A DNA stretch of 64,000 bases from Octopus vulgaris (GCA_951406725.2 OX597831.1:68448001-68512000); one strand, 5' to 3'; positions 11,479 to 25,390 are shown, numbered from the stretch's first letter. The notes: generated from the sequence alone by a model not told the origin. Numbers and translations are program-made.

Positions 11479-13012
11479 CCATAAAACCCGTGTAATTTAC
11501 ACACTTTTTTCACAAATGCAAAAACTTTAGTGGATGCATAAATTACATGAGTAGATTGTATTCAGAATCTTTTGAGAAATTTTTTGTTGAAAAATGACGT
11601 ACAGGAAGTTGACTCATTTAATGTCAGAATAGGTTCTTACAGAACGAATATAATGAAGTCGACTTTTATTTATGCTGAACGGTATAGTGCTTGCTTTTTC
11701 TGTATACATTTATTAAAACCATTAAATGGTTAACTACTTTTTCATGTTTGACGTTCATGCCTGTGATCAAGGTTCAGGTCATATTTTAAATTGCTTGGAG
11801 TTTCTACCACTCGCAATGGAGCCCAGCAATTTCCTTAAATAAATCAGTTTTTCTCTACTGAGGGAGTCTAGCTTGTGTTTGCACTAGGAAGCTATTTGCT
11901 CACTTTCTCCATGTTACAACACAATGAAATTCCTTAACACCGACATCACTGCTATCAGCTCTTACTGCACCTAATGCCAATGACATCATCATAATTCATC
12001 CTTGTGCATGTAAACTCACTAAGTGAATATGACTTAGCATTCCTACAGAAACCTTCATTTACCTTACACGATGTTTAATGTCGTTTCACATTCATGTTGA
12101 ATTATGCAGCAATATTATGCTCTCTTCATAGAACACTTGTAATGTATGTATTACCAGTTCTTTTGGCATAGAAGATTTTTGCTATTCTTGTTTATGTCTC
12201 CTCACAGACGTGTATATTCTAACAGGTCACTTCTTAAATTTCACACCTCTCTTGTTCAATAAACATTAAATTAAACTTGCAAAGCTGTTTATTTTCTCCT
12301 TTCGATTTTTAATGTTTATTTTAGCAGGTTACCAAACTATCAGTCTGGTCTCCCGGCTAAAACAGTAATGACAAATTTCTAAGTTTGCTTGAAATTTTAT
12401 AAGTGTGAAAGGGATTAAAATTTTGATATTCAATATCAAAGGATCCAACAAGAATAGACAGAAAATCAGAGCTTGAGACAAGAAAACACTTTTGACCAAT
12501 CAGAATTCTGTTTACATAATCAGTTTGATTATAATCCTTCTGTTGGTGTGTCATCCAAGCTGATGTTTATTGGAAATTAAACTTATTTTGCAACACTTGT
12601 GTATATTTATCAACTTTGTTTTTGTTGATAAGAATTATCAACAACTTTTCCTATGATCATGATTTGAGAAGACATACAGCTGTATGCTAAAGATCGGACA
12701 TAATCACTTGAGGGCAAGAAATGTAAAATAAGGTTTATCATAAACAACACAAACACTTTGTAATTTAATAGCTTTCAAAGTGATCCCTGTTAAACAGGAA
12801 TTATTTTTATTTCATGAAAATTTAATAAAATTTAATCATAAGTAAGTGAAATTATGCTAAATACAACTAAATTGTAAATCTCTTTCACCTGGCATTATCA
12901 GCAATTTTAGGTGCAAATTTTACATGAGTAGAAGCTTTTTTTTTAACATATTTTATCCTGAAAATCCCCTGCGTAAATTACACAGGTGCACAAATTACAT
13001 GGGTTTTTATGG
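11479..13012. mobile_element. Non-autonomous Tc1/mariner-superfamily (pogo/Tc2-like) DNA transposon
   Basis: TA-CCATAAAACCCGTGTAATTT at the left end and AAATTACATGGGTTTTTATGG-TA at the right end; subterminal AAATTACA repeats. Confidence 0.65.
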
Positions 13013-13129
13013 TAATCAGTTTTGTTGTGGTTACAAAGACCATCAACATTCCTCAATCTAACCAAACCCAATACTAAGCTAATTTTAATATGATTCTTTC
13101 TATAAGGCAACAAGCTGGCAAAACCATTA

Positions 13130-13550
13130 GGATGCTGGTCAAAATGCTTATCAACATTTCTTCTGTCTTTGTATTCTGTGTTCAAATTCTGCTGAGGTCG
13201 ACTTTGCCTTTTATCCCTTTGGGATCAATAAAATAAGTACCAGTTATTTCTTTATTACCCACAAGGGGCTAAACACAGAGAGGACAAACAAGGACATACA
13301 AACGGATTAAGTTGATTATATCGACCCCAGTGCGTAACTGGTCCTTAATTTATCGACCCCAAAAGGCTGAAATGCAAAGTCGACCTCGGCGGAATTTGAA
13401 CTCAGAATGTAGCGGCAGACGAAATACTGCTAAGCATTTTGCCCAGCATTCTAACGTTTCTGCCAGCTCACTGCCTTGAGGACTAAGGTTGATGTAATCA
13501 ACTTACCCTCTCCTCTGAACTTGCGGGCCTCGTGCCAAAATTTGAAACCC
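13130..13550. mobile_element. SINE family B (Nin/Deu-like core): young minus copy (13245-13475) nested in an older plus copy
   Basis: Core GTCGACTTTGCCTTT(C)ATCC...GATAAA..AGTACC on both strands; the older copy resumes at about 13478. Confidence 0.75.
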
Positions 13551-13923
13551 GCATGATTCCTTCTATATATCTTTCATAACTTAGATTAGCAACTTGCTGT
13601 GTCTATAACTTCAGTACTCATTTGTATCTTCTTGTGGCAGTTGTAAATGGCAGTGCAGTGAATAGGAATAGGATATATTGACATAATAAGATTTACCAAG
13701 GAAGCAGTTAAGAACACAGCATTCTGAATTTAGCATTTCAGCAATTCACTCACTGCTTTCTCATCCTTACTTCACACACCTTCACACTTTCGCATTCATA
13801 CAAGTGTCAATCTACAAGCAATATGGCTGGAAGATATGACTGCTTTCACATCCCTACCACTCAAATGCACACAAACTGTTCAATACGTACCCATATTCAC
13901 ACACACCATATACACACATTCTG

Positions 13924-14308
13924 TGGAGGTGCAATGGCCCAGTGGTGAGGGCAGCGGACTTGCGGTCATAGGATCGCGGTTTCGATTCCCAGACCGGGCG
14001 TTGTGAGTGTTTATTGAGTGAAAACACCTAAAAGCTCCACGAGACTCTGGCAGGGGATGGTGGTGATCCCTGCTGTACTCTTTCACCACAACTTTCTCTC
14101 ACTCTTACTTCCTGTTTCTGTTGTACCTGTATTTCAAAGGGCTAGCCTTGTCACTCTCTGTGTCAAGCTGAATATCCCCGAGAACTACGTTAAGGGTACA
14201 AGTGTCTGTGGAGTGCTCAGCCACTTACACGTTAATTTCATGAGCAGGCTGTTCCGTTGATCGGATCAACCGGAACCCTCGTCGTCGTAACCGACGGAGT
14301 GCTTCCAT
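13924..14308 (+). mobile_element. tRNA-derived SINE, family C
   Basis: A box TGGCCCAGTGG, B box GTTTCGATTCC, target-site duplication ATACACACATTC on both sides. Confidence 0.85.
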
Positions 14309-14437
14309 GTCCATACACACATTCATGCACTCAAATAATTTTTATAAAAGAATCTTCAAGTGTCTAACTTTGCTTTTGATACATAGCATATTGCTTGAGA
14401 TACTTAGCAGTGCCATTTACAATCTCTGACAGAACAA

Positions 14438-14602
14438 TTAAAAAGTTGTGACATAGATGAGATTTGGCTGATTAGCTAGGAAGTTTATTTCACGATCATC
14501 AAGTTCTATGTTTGATCTTGCTACGTAGTCATTGGGCTGATTCTTTTCTATAATTTCATGTTGATCAATGCCTTGTGAGATGGCTGTAGGATTCACTAGA
14601 CT
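14438..14602 (-). CDS. Candidate terminal coding exon of an unidentified host gene (54 aa, ends ...LIYVTTF*)
   Basis: Non-repetitive, protein-like ORF directly preceded by the acceptor TTTTACCATTGCCTTCTTTCAG; no homology recognised. Confidence 0.3.
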   Translation of the reverse strand, partial: SLVNPTAISQGIDQHEIIEKNQPNDYVARSNIELDDREINFLANQPNLIYVTTF

Positions 14603-16049
14603 CTGAAAGAAGGCAATGGTAAAATACTTTGCTTCATGTACTAAGAAAGGCTTGTGGATGTTGCACAAGGTGAAACAGAGTCAAATATAGCTTTCATGAT
14701 ATACTACACCATACAGAATTTTGGTTTCATTTATGATTGAAATATTTGACTGCTTTTTAATTGTTATTTTATTTTAGCTATTACTTTTTTTTTTATATTT
14801 TGTAGTCTGTAAATATCTCCATTTTGCTTAGTTTCAATAATGGAACAGAAATAGATTTCAAACTGAAATCTATTCAAACTGTATTTGTTTCAAAATGAAA
14901 AAGTAAATCAATTTCTTTTGCCAAAATATTTGCTTTCTACTAAAATATTTTGAACATTTCTCTAGTTAGATAACCAATCATTTTGTATTTAAGAACAAAT
15001 ATTTCTATATATTTGATGAAGCCATTTAAGGAACATTTTCACTGTAAAATCATGCATTATCAATACTTGAGATATATTTTATATTTATCATTTCTTTATT
15101 CTATTTTCCCATTGATGACATGAACTGTATGGCCTCCCATTAGCAATAATGTTCTTAGTATATAAAAGTAACATACAGTAAATTTTTAAAGTAAGGAAAA
15201 AATATATTCATAAAATTGAATAAAAGTTTTAAGTGTATGATTCAAATAATTATTAAAAAATTTCTTTGCTTAAAATATTTCAGTTAGTAAAAGTTGATAA
15301 ATTTGAAACAAATTCTTCCTTCTAAAAAAATGTCTCCTTTTCAATATAAAGTAAGGCTCATTAAAGTGATTTATTGGTTATTTGTTTGCATTTGTGTGTA
15401 TGTAATTTCTTTTCTTGTATAAAACTGCATTTCTGTTTAACTAGCAATTAAAACTAGTTCAACGTTGATGTAAAACTGACATCTATGTAAAATTTGTAAA
15501 TAAGACAAGTTTGAATGCTGAGGAAGGAATTGTGAGGAGTTGTAATATTTCATTCTTCTTCAAGAAACTGAGAACTATGTTGAAAACCTCTTACTCATTT
15601 CAGAAGGGCCCTGAACAAACTGTCAAAAATTTCTTTGCAACATGCAAACTTATTTTATAGATTTTATGAACTTTAAGAAGTGCTTTTTGATAATGCAGAC
15701 CATTTCTAGTTTAACTGGATTCTATTTGTTGTCGGCTTGTAGTCTTGCCTTTTGCTTTTTCATCTATCACAGAAGATTATATTAACTGTAGTGAACATTT
15801 TAGGATGATAGAGGATAATATATAAAAGATTTGACTGATTTCTAATTGTTTGAATAGCCATGCAAAGGTTCCTCATTGCTTATTGAGTACTAGTTATTTT
15901 CTTTCATATGAATGGATTTTAAATTGTAGATACGTCAGAGTTGAATAATGTTAAAATATGCTATTTGGGTGGCAGAGCTTCAGTAGTATGCCAGATATAA
16001 TTGCTTTACATTATTTAGTGGCATTCTTTCATGTTCTGGGGGTTCTTTT

Positions 16050-16592
16050 CATCCTCATCATCATTTAACGTCCATTTTCCGTGCTAGTACGGGTTGGACG
16101 GTTCAACCAGGGTCTGGGAAGCCAGGAGGCTGCACCAGGCTCCACTCTGATCTGGCAGTGTTTCTACAGCTGGATGCCCCTCCTGATGCCAACCACTCTG
16201 TGAGTGTAGTGGGTGCTTTTTACTTGCTACCGGCACAGGTGCTAGGGGAGGCTGGTAGCGGCCACGATCAGTTGGTGCTTTTTACGTGCCACTGGCACAG
16301 AAGCCAGTCAAGGCGGCGCTGGCATCGGCCACGTTCGGATGGTGCTTTTTACGTGCCACTGGCACAGGTACCGCAACAACTACTTCCATTTGATATTTAT
16401 TTTGATGTTGATGTACTTGACTCAATAGGTCTCCTCAAGTACAGCAGGTCATGTTCCACATTTGGACGGTGCTTTTTACACGCCACTAGCACAGGTATCG
16501 TAGCTACAATTTCCATTTGATATTTATTTCGATATTGATGTACTTGACTCAATAAGTCTCCTCAAGCACAGCAGGTCACCCTACGATCCAAG
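16050..16592 (-). mobile_element. Retroposon family D 3' region with (GAT)n tail and modular internal repeats
   Basis: CATCAT..TTTAACGTCC..CTACAGCTGGATGCCC shared with copies at 24151, 35546 and 45025. Confidence 0.75.
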
Positions 16593-16907
16593 TAAAAAAA
16601 AAATAGTATCAAGCAAGCCCTGATGTCATTATCTCAATTACGTCTATCACATACCTTCCACTAAATGTGTTGATTTATGTCAAAATTAGAAATCTATTAA
16701 AATTTTTTTCTGTGCTTTTATTCATTGATCTGCAGTCGTGATACAACACCAATTGTATACTTTTTGGTCTATCATAAAAACTCAATACTTATCTAAGACC
16801 AGTGCTATTTTTATTGATCTCTTTCTTTTTATTGGTTAAGTTGACATTTGATGCACAGAGACACAGCTCAATGCACTGTTTTCCACTGATATACACAAAT
16901 TTATACC

Positions 16908-17171
16908 TACACACACACACATACATACATACATACATACATACATACATACACACACACACATACATACATACATACATACACACATACACACACACAT
17001 ACATACATACATATATACACACACACACACACACACATACTCACTCACTCACTCACTCACTCACTCACTCACTCACTCACTCACTCACTCACTCACTCAC
17101 TCACTCACTCACTCACTCCCTCCCTCCCTCCCTCCTTCCCTCCCTCCCTCCCTCCCTCCCTCCCTCCCTCC
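16908..17171. repeat. Compound microsatellite (AC)n-(ACAT)n-(ACTC)n-(CCTC)n
   Basis: Direct inspection. Confidence 0.95.
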
Positions 17172-18112
17172 AATAATCAGAGATTGTCAAAATTCATCCT
17201 TGATTTTAGCTTTGGCTTCCATTTCTGATCCCCAATTCTAAAATATACTACTGAAGTCATCAGCAAAGCAATCCACCACCAAATGGAAACATTACTAAAT
17301 TACAAAATATTTCTTGACAGTATCAACACCAAAGCTCTGATGAGCTGAAGAATCCTTATTGTAACTTACTGCAATTAGCCTGTGGAGGCTATGGCTTTTT
17401 TTTAAGAACAAACATTGTATCTTAAGAATGGCACACACACACACACACACACACTGATTATTGCATATTTATGTATATATATTATACCTGTGTGTATATG
17501 TATGTACTTTATCTTTTACTTCAATTCATTTGCATTTCTCTTATAAAGGAGTTGGTTTATAACAAAGAAACAAAATATTTCACTAATAACAATGAAAAAA
17601 TGCTATATAATGAATTTTAGAAAAGTTTTGTATATTTGTACTCTTATACTTACTGATCATAATTGCTAAGAGTATATTAGCTGGTAACCTTTTATGCCCG
17701 CAAAAACCAGATTTCTAAGATTGCAATTTAGACATATAGTAACATAACCAAGTTCACTAATAATTATTGGAACAAATATTTATTTATAATCTTTACAGTT
17801 TGAAGCAGTTAACCACCAATATTTTCTTTCTTATTAAATTTTAAAGAATTGCTAACATATGCAGGACAGCTGAATTTTATAACACCATAAAGTTTCTTCT
17901 TTATCACCTACAACCATATCAAGCTTATTATTTTTAGATTAGGTAGATGTTTTAATTGGAATGGTCCACCAATAATCCTTGTATTAAGCCATTTGTATGT
18001 ACAGAACCTTAGAAATATTTCTGTATTTGTCCCACAAGAATCTTTCTTTTGTATGGCATTGTGTAGTTTTAACAACGTTGGCAGCATGCCACATTGGAAG
18101 GTAATGTCTTAA

Positions 18113-18413
18113 TTCCTTCCTTCTTGAGCCATGCCTGGCTCATAAGGGCCGGTTTCCTGGTTTCCTTGGCGTATAGGTTCCCCACCTAGACGGGTCACCG
18201 GTCCGTTGCAGGTGAGCTGCAAGATGCAGGAGGAAAGAGTGAGAGAAAGTTGTGGCGAAAGAGTCAGCAGAAGTTCGCCATTACCTTCTGCTGGAGCCAC
18301 GTGGAGCTTAGGTGTTTCGCTCTTCAACACACACATCGCCCGGTCTGAGATTCGAACCCACGATCCCTCGACCGCGAGTCCGCTGCTCTAACCACTAAGC
18401 CATGTGCCTCCAC
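18113..18413 (-). mobile_element. tRNA-derived SINE, family C variant
   Basis: Minus strand TGGCTTAGTGG...GGTTCGAATCTC; flanking TAATGT duplication. Confidence 0.85.
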
Positions 18414-18803
18414 TAATGTATAGAGAGACAAATATGAACAGCTGCTGATTACATTGTATATCGTCCTCAGACATGTGATGTAATCAGCATTTTCAGAAGC
18501 ATGTTGGATGTTCAAACACTTCCTGTTCTCTTTAGTTCATTTGATATTTTGTTCCTGTCTCCTGCTCTTGATCAGCAAAAGCATCACTGCAAACCAGTTA
18601 CATAATGCAGTGGTCATGAGTCAAAGAATGTTTACACCTCATGCTGATATTTTCATTGGAGATTAGCATTTGATGTGTGAGTGAGTGTGTGTGTGTGTTC
18701 TGTTTTCACCTTTTAAATTTTTAACGAGGGGGAAAAAGTTGGTTTTTAATCCAGAAACAATACACTTTCATTGGAATTTAGACAAAATGTGCTTCTATGT
18801 ATG

Positions 18804-19122
18804 TTGTTGTTGTTTGTTGTTTGTTCCTTATCGAGCCATGCCTGGCTCACAAGGGCCGGTTTCCTGGTTTATGGGCATATAGTTTCCCCACCTGGATGGG
18901 ACGCCGGTCTGTCGCAGGTGAGCAGCAAGATGCAGGAGGAAAGAGTGAGAGAAAGTTGTGGTGGAAGAGTCAGCAGAAGTTTTGCCATTACCTTCTGCTG
19001 GAGCCGCATAGAGCTTAGGTGTTTTCGCTCATAAATACACACATCACCCGGTCTGAGATTCGAACCTGTGATCCCCCGACTGCGAGTCTGCTGCTCTAAC
19101 CACTAGGCCATATGCCTCCACA
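18804..19122 (-). mobile_element. tRNA-derived SINE, family C variant (second copy)
   Basis: Highly similar to 18113-18413; TSD CTTCTATGTATG on both sides; (AAC)n tail. Confidence 0.85.
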
Positions 19123-22100
19123 CTTCTATGTATGCATGTATGTTTGCACAGATGTATGTGTACATGTATGCAATACATAATATGATTGTAGGTATGAATC
19201 TGCAATGTTTATGTGTGTGAATACTGACAAATATGTGTCCATATACAGCTACTTATTGGCTAAACGTCTGGAATATTTTACATATTCTCACAGTACCTTT
19301 AATGGCTAGTAGCTGTAATATCTTGATTAGTCATGTTCTTTCTGCTGTTGAGAAGACCATCTTCTGAAGATTGGGATTAATGGAATTATTTACTCATCCA
19401 ATTGTTACAATAATTAAAGTTAGAAATCGAAAGGTGATAGCTGTATGTGACATAACTGTAGATTTCTCATTAGTTCAACATAAATGTTTTTTATGCTAGA
19501 ACTTAACATTATTTTGCATAGTTTCTTTACTCTGTTCCAAATCATTACGTCTGATTATTAAGCTTGCATTTTACTGATGACAGCTTCACAGATCTGGGCC
19601 AATTGTGATGGTAAGGATTAAGCAGCTATCAGTCTAATCTTAAATTCATTATGCACAAACATCTATCAGTTTGAAATTTACTCATTAGTAAGAGATTCTC
19701 TTGTGTGAAAATTTAAAGCTGTTCTGTTTCAATGGAACCGGCCTCTGTTCTGTGCAGCATCAGCTCTTGTTGCCTAGGTAACCATTTCCAGGTAGCCTGT
19801 CTGCATGACAGGTGGATTTCTATTTGAAAAAAAGAAAAGGAATACGAATTTGATAAGATTAGGAAATTGAATGCAATAACGATAAGATAAATTCCTAGTA
19901 ACATATCCCATGGTAATATCATATAACTAAAATAGAATTCAATTTCAGTTCATTGAATAATTAAAAGCAAACATTCAGTTAATAATAACAATGCCGTTTC
20001 TTCTTATCTCTTCCATTTTTTTTGTATTTCTGATTTACATAATGTTGGATTAAGAGAACATTTTGAAAATTTCCTGTCTTGTCTTTGACAACTCAATTTA
20101 TCCATCACCATTCAAATAATAATTCTTAGAATAGACTCTTAAAATGGAAATATCGGTTTTCCTATTTGCTTTTACCAATTCAGTGTTATTGATGATAGAG
20201 AACTGCTCAGATTTAGATCTCAAGCTGACAAGTTTCCTTTAATATCTTACGAATGATATGCAGCATCACAATCTGTATTTACTTTCTGGAATCTTATATC
20301 TAAATTCGCATAATTATAAAAGAAACAAATGGGATGAGTAACAAGTTGTGTGTTGTTCCGTGTCCTTTCAAACTGATCCTGCAAAATAATTACCTTTCCT
20401 TTTGGACTGAAAAACATCTGCAGCAAATATTTTTACAAAAGTTACTGCGACTTCTATTTTATGGTAAGAAAATTTTCTTAATTATGTGCAGTGAAAATGT
20501 GTCAAATATCCTTTTTCTAAGAGTGATAAAATTCAGTCTACTGGATGGTAGGAACACCACTGAAGACTCTGTTTTAGAGTAATATACTTAGAAAGTGACA
20601 CACTAATGAAGACTATCTCTCTCAAAGCTATACTTGCAGAAGTTGAACTCTGATCTAAGTACCGATAAAATAACATTTGTCAATTTTAACATTACTACCA
20701 CTGCTTGAAATAGAAATTAATGCTTTCCATTCCCTGTCTGTTTATAGTTAAGAAAGGGATATTGTAAATTGAAGTGTCTTGGCCACAAACCCAAGGCAGA
20801 GTTGAGAAGACATGATGTTTCAGTCTCCTCACTAACTTTTAGACTCCTCCTAATGCCTTGTACACTAATCTTTGCCTGAATACCTTACCTCTAATAACCA
20901 AAAGGAATATTATTGGCTGAACATGCAGATACATCTTCCAAGATACATAATGCCTTCTTTTGTAACTTTGGAGTTTTGTTGTTTACTTTCTCGCTTCTGA
21001 ACTTAGAATGAAATTCTGCAGGCATACATATTAGTTCCTGATATTAACCTGAGAATAATCTGCAAATCTCAGAACTATAAACAATTGTGGCCACTTTTGA
21101 TTCTAACCATGACTCAAATTTAGCCTTGCAATTGTGCAAGATGCCAGTTCAGATATTAAGAACTCTGTAATGAGATACATTAATTAATTTTTTTATTGCA
21201 TAAGACTTCAAAGTTCCTATGTATTCTTTCCTGTCAGCTGGTGTTTGCCTTGAGAACAATCAGTTGAAATATTTAGGCTCATGCCTGTAACTATTTTCTA
21301 TTGGGCCCCATTTGGGACCCAGTTTTCCCAGTGACAGGAGGTAGGATTTAAACCCAGAGTGCAAAGAACTCTAACAGATATCATGAAGTATCTTATCCAA
21401 ACTGCTAAAATACTGCTGGTCCACCTACTTGTGCTATTTATCAATTGTGAAAAGAAGAAAGATAAAGCTGGTCAGGAGGCACAGATAGCCAAAACAAATA
21501 TCACAAAGAATATTACTCGATACTCTAATAACTTTGTCCAAGCTACATCCAGTCAGGAACTTTCAGGGTTATCTATTATAATGTTAAAAACTAGGTATTT
21601 AATTTTACAAAGGGACTAGTTTCTTTGTCAAAACGGGGAAAGGATTGTCAGTTAACAGATTAAGTTGAACAAACTAATGAAAAATTTAGTGCAAGAGACA
21701 GTATAGATATGATACAATATAGTTGAATGTAATATTTAGCATAGATAAAAGTAATACACACGTCAATGCTGAATGCTGTAGTCACTAGTGAGGAAGAGTC
21801 ACCAAAGGTTAACAATGATATAACAAAATGGCTGTGGGAAAATATCAACTAATATTTTTACAAAATATTAAAATGTTGATCTTTAACTTGATAATCTATT
21901 CTCCATCTCAAAAAAAAAAAAATATATCAAAACCCATAGTAAAATTAAAGACCTAATTTTCTAAAGTTTGTACTAAATAACTTTGAGGATCTTTACCGAA
22001 TGTATCTTTATTATGGACATTGTGTCTTGTCTTTATTAAAGCTTTTATAGGAATGTTTTGCATTAATGTTTGAAGATAACTACAGAAGTAATTGTCAAAC

Positions 22101-23000
22101 TGTAGATGCAATATTTCTTTTCACATAATTGGTAATTCTTGAGTATATTTTCATTCTCAGAACGTCAATACACAAAACATTTTTTTAAGAACTACATCGT
22201 CAAAACAATGAATTTCACACTTGGAATGAAAAACATGTCGGTATTAACTTGGAAGATAAAATAAGAGATAAAAAAATTTGTAAAGAACCAAATTTTCAGG
22301 TTTGGTTAGATCTCTTCTTACACACTTTGAGTTCAATTTCACTAAGATTAACTTTCTGCTGTTCATAAAAATATGAACCAGTCAAGTCGATTAAATCAAT
22401 TTCACTTTTATAGCGTTTTGCTGTGGGCTTAAACTAGGAATCAATATTAAGGAAAGTGATATTTCAAATTTCTTACTGTGAACATTGAAAGGAGACACTT
22501 AAGTGAATTACAAGTTCGTACCTATTTGTATACATGCATTTTATTTTAGCTTGTCTTTACAAGCTAAAGTATCTTTACAAATATGTCAATAAAATATATT
22601 TTACTTCACTTGATATTAATTTTTTTCTGCCCTTTTTTTATCTGTTTTTCTTCTTTTTTTTAATACTTGTTTGGGAAGGTTTTTTTTGTTGAAACATTAT
22701 TTTTACAGCTGGTCGGCTTTCAGTGGATTTTCAGACAACAAAACTGAAGCAACCAGCAAATTGTCTCACTTAGAGATGCATCAAGTTCAAGATATGAAAC
22801 GAAATGTGAACTTGTAGCCAAATAGACTTTAACATTACAGAGAATATGTAATTTTTATATTAAATTGTAATCTGGAATTTTTGACGTGTACATAATAGTT
22901 TCTTAGCATATTTTGAAAAGATATTTTCAATTGTAAAATTTTAAAAAATGAAATATTCTTCTTTTTCTTCTTCTACTACTACTACTACTACTACTACTAC

Positions 23001-23038
<38 letters not shown>

Positions 23039-23239
23039 GCTTCAAACTTTGGCACAAAGCCAGCAATTTTGGGGAGGGTGTAAGTTGATTACATCAACCC
23101 CATTACTTAACTCGTAGTTTATTTGGTCTGTACAGTCGATGGGAGACCATTGACTAGTCCAAATTACCAACTACCTGATTTATTGCCAAAGATGTGTGGG
23201 TTCGGGCATTGTCCAAGCTGCTATTTTATTGACCCTGTA

Positions 23240-24140
23240 AGTATGAGAGGCAAAGCTGACCTTCACAGAAAACAAGCTTTGAAGACAAACTTCAAACTAT
23301 TGCCAACAACCACTGACTCAAATCACCAGTGAATGGACAAATTAATTAGTGTGGTCAGATGAGTCACAGTACAAAAAAGATGTGCAAAGTAGGAACCTCA
23401 GCAGTTGACAATGATTTGAAGAAGAGAAGGGTGGAAATCTGCTGGTGGCACTGAACATCAGAAAGACATAAATGTTTAGGAAGTCTCCATCCACAGAATG
23501 ATGCCATATCTCTTCTCCGAGTTCTAAGAAGTTCAAGAGCCAATAATCAGCACAGAAATTCATAGTGATTGTCTTGGGGATGACAGAAGTGTCATTCTTC
23601 TTGATTTTCAGGAATAGGATTGTACTTTTGTACTTTGAACAGTGAGAAGTACATTAATATATTAAAAATTTTTTTTAAAACAATTAAGAGAAGCTATTAG
23701 GAAGAAGAGACTGAACAAGATTTTGAAAATGATCCATATTCAATTATCGGACAATACCTGAACCCACACACCTTTGGCAAAAAATCAGGTAGTTGGTAAT
23801 TTGGACTGGTCAATGGTCTCCCCCACCTATCTATTGTACAGACCAAATCTATCACATTCCAATTTTGGTCTGTTAATCCAATGCAGGAACAATGATTTGA
23901 CGATCCAAAAGAGGTGAAAGTTGATGTGAAGAAGCAAATGCCCTCCTTAACATCCTTAAAGAGAATTTGAGAGTTTGGTTCAACTATGGCACAAATGCAT
24001 TGCTTATGATGGAGACAATGTTGAGTAGCATCTTTGTATAGAAGCGTTACTCTACCGGCATGTGAAATTTGAATACCCTATATCAATTAATATAAAATGT
24101 TATGCCTATTTTTACATTACTTTTGGTTCAATCCTCAACT
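23240..24140 (+). mobile_element. Decayed mariner transposon, 3' portion
   Basis: Remnants KFIVIV..DDRSVILLDF, NSEKYINILK..LREAIRKKR, DN.*TH, DGD.VE*; TIR-like TTACTTTTTGGTTCAATCCTC at the right end. Confidence 0.55.
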
Positions 24141-24150
24141 GTATATATTT

Positions 24151-24336
24151 GTGCCGGTGGCACATAAAAAGCACCCACTACACTCACGGTGTGGTTGGCG
24201 TTAGGAAGGGCTTCCAGCTGTAGAAACACTGCCAGATCAGACTAGAGCCTGGTGTAGCCTCCTGGCTTCCCAGACCCCAGTCAAATCATCCAACCCATGC
24301 CAGCATGGTAAACGGACGTTAAACAATGATGATGAT
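24151..24336 (+). mobile_element. Retroposon family D 3' end
   Basis: TTAGGAAGGGC.TCCAGCTGTAGAAAC...AAACGGACGTTAAACAATGATGATGAT. Confidence 0.8.
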
Positions 24337-24383
24337 ATATATATACACACACACATACACACATACACACACATATATATATG

Positions 24384-24421
<38 letters not shown>

Positions 24422-24578
24422 TATACCGGAGTAAACACATAAATGTGAAACAAGGTGGAAAAAAGAGTACTCAAATACCAGCAGTAGAGTAATATGCTTT
24501 ATTTAAAAGCCAAAATTCAACAAAACCTTGTTACTCTATATATATATATGTATGTGTATATATATATATATGTGTGAC

Positions 24579-24617
<39 letters not shown>

Positions 24618-25390
24618 ATATATATATATATGTGTGTGTATATATATATATAAATATGTCAGTGTACATATATATATGTTCTCTTGTCTCCAAGCAATCA
24701 AACTGTTTTCTCTTTACTGACATGCCATGTCAAACATGTCAAATTCCTGATACTTGAGATTATATCCCCATCTCATTTTTCTCATTTGTTGTAAGTCAGC
24801 TGTTTACACATCTAACAAGAAGATAATTTCAATAAATAATGAATATGTCTTATGTAGTATTTGAAATACACTCATTCATCTTTATTACCCATATACATGC
24901 ACTGGTCATTCTGCACTATTTCTCTCTTAACTAGCCTTTTTTTAAATTATGCAACATAACCTAGACTATAAAGGCTTTTTAACATTTTTTGGGGCCTCGT
25001 CTGCTCGATCAAAGTTAAGACAACTACTGAGCTGATGATGCCAATTGAGGTAGAAGTGCATATTCACTGCATTCATCTTAACTCAAGATAATCAAACATT
25101 TATCTAAATGGTATGTAAATTTCAGAAAATTGTAGATTTTTGAGGTCGTTTCCTCATTTGGAGTTGGTCACAGTTGCCACAAAGCATTTGTTTATTCTAA
25201 TCTCAAAGAGAAGATAATTCCAATAAATTAAGAATTCAAAGAAATAATTCTGTTTGTGTGGAATAGCCATTTCATGTAAACATATCAAACATGTTCAGTC
25301 AATCTATGGGATCTGAATTTTTAACATTGAGTGAGGGAAAACTAAACGCACCACGACATTTCATTGGGCACTCTACCATTTCTGCTAATG

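Noticed and set aside
12328-12554. Exon-like acceptor with a short ORF (LPNYQ...VMTNF*) and the minus-strand ORF 12357-12554
   Set aside because: Lies inside the TIR-bounded transposon 11479-13012; no other support
13924-14000. tRNA gene (also 18340-18413, 19048-19122, 29009-29080)
   Set aside because: A/B boxes are present but run into shared SINE bodies, some with TSDs; these are SINE heads
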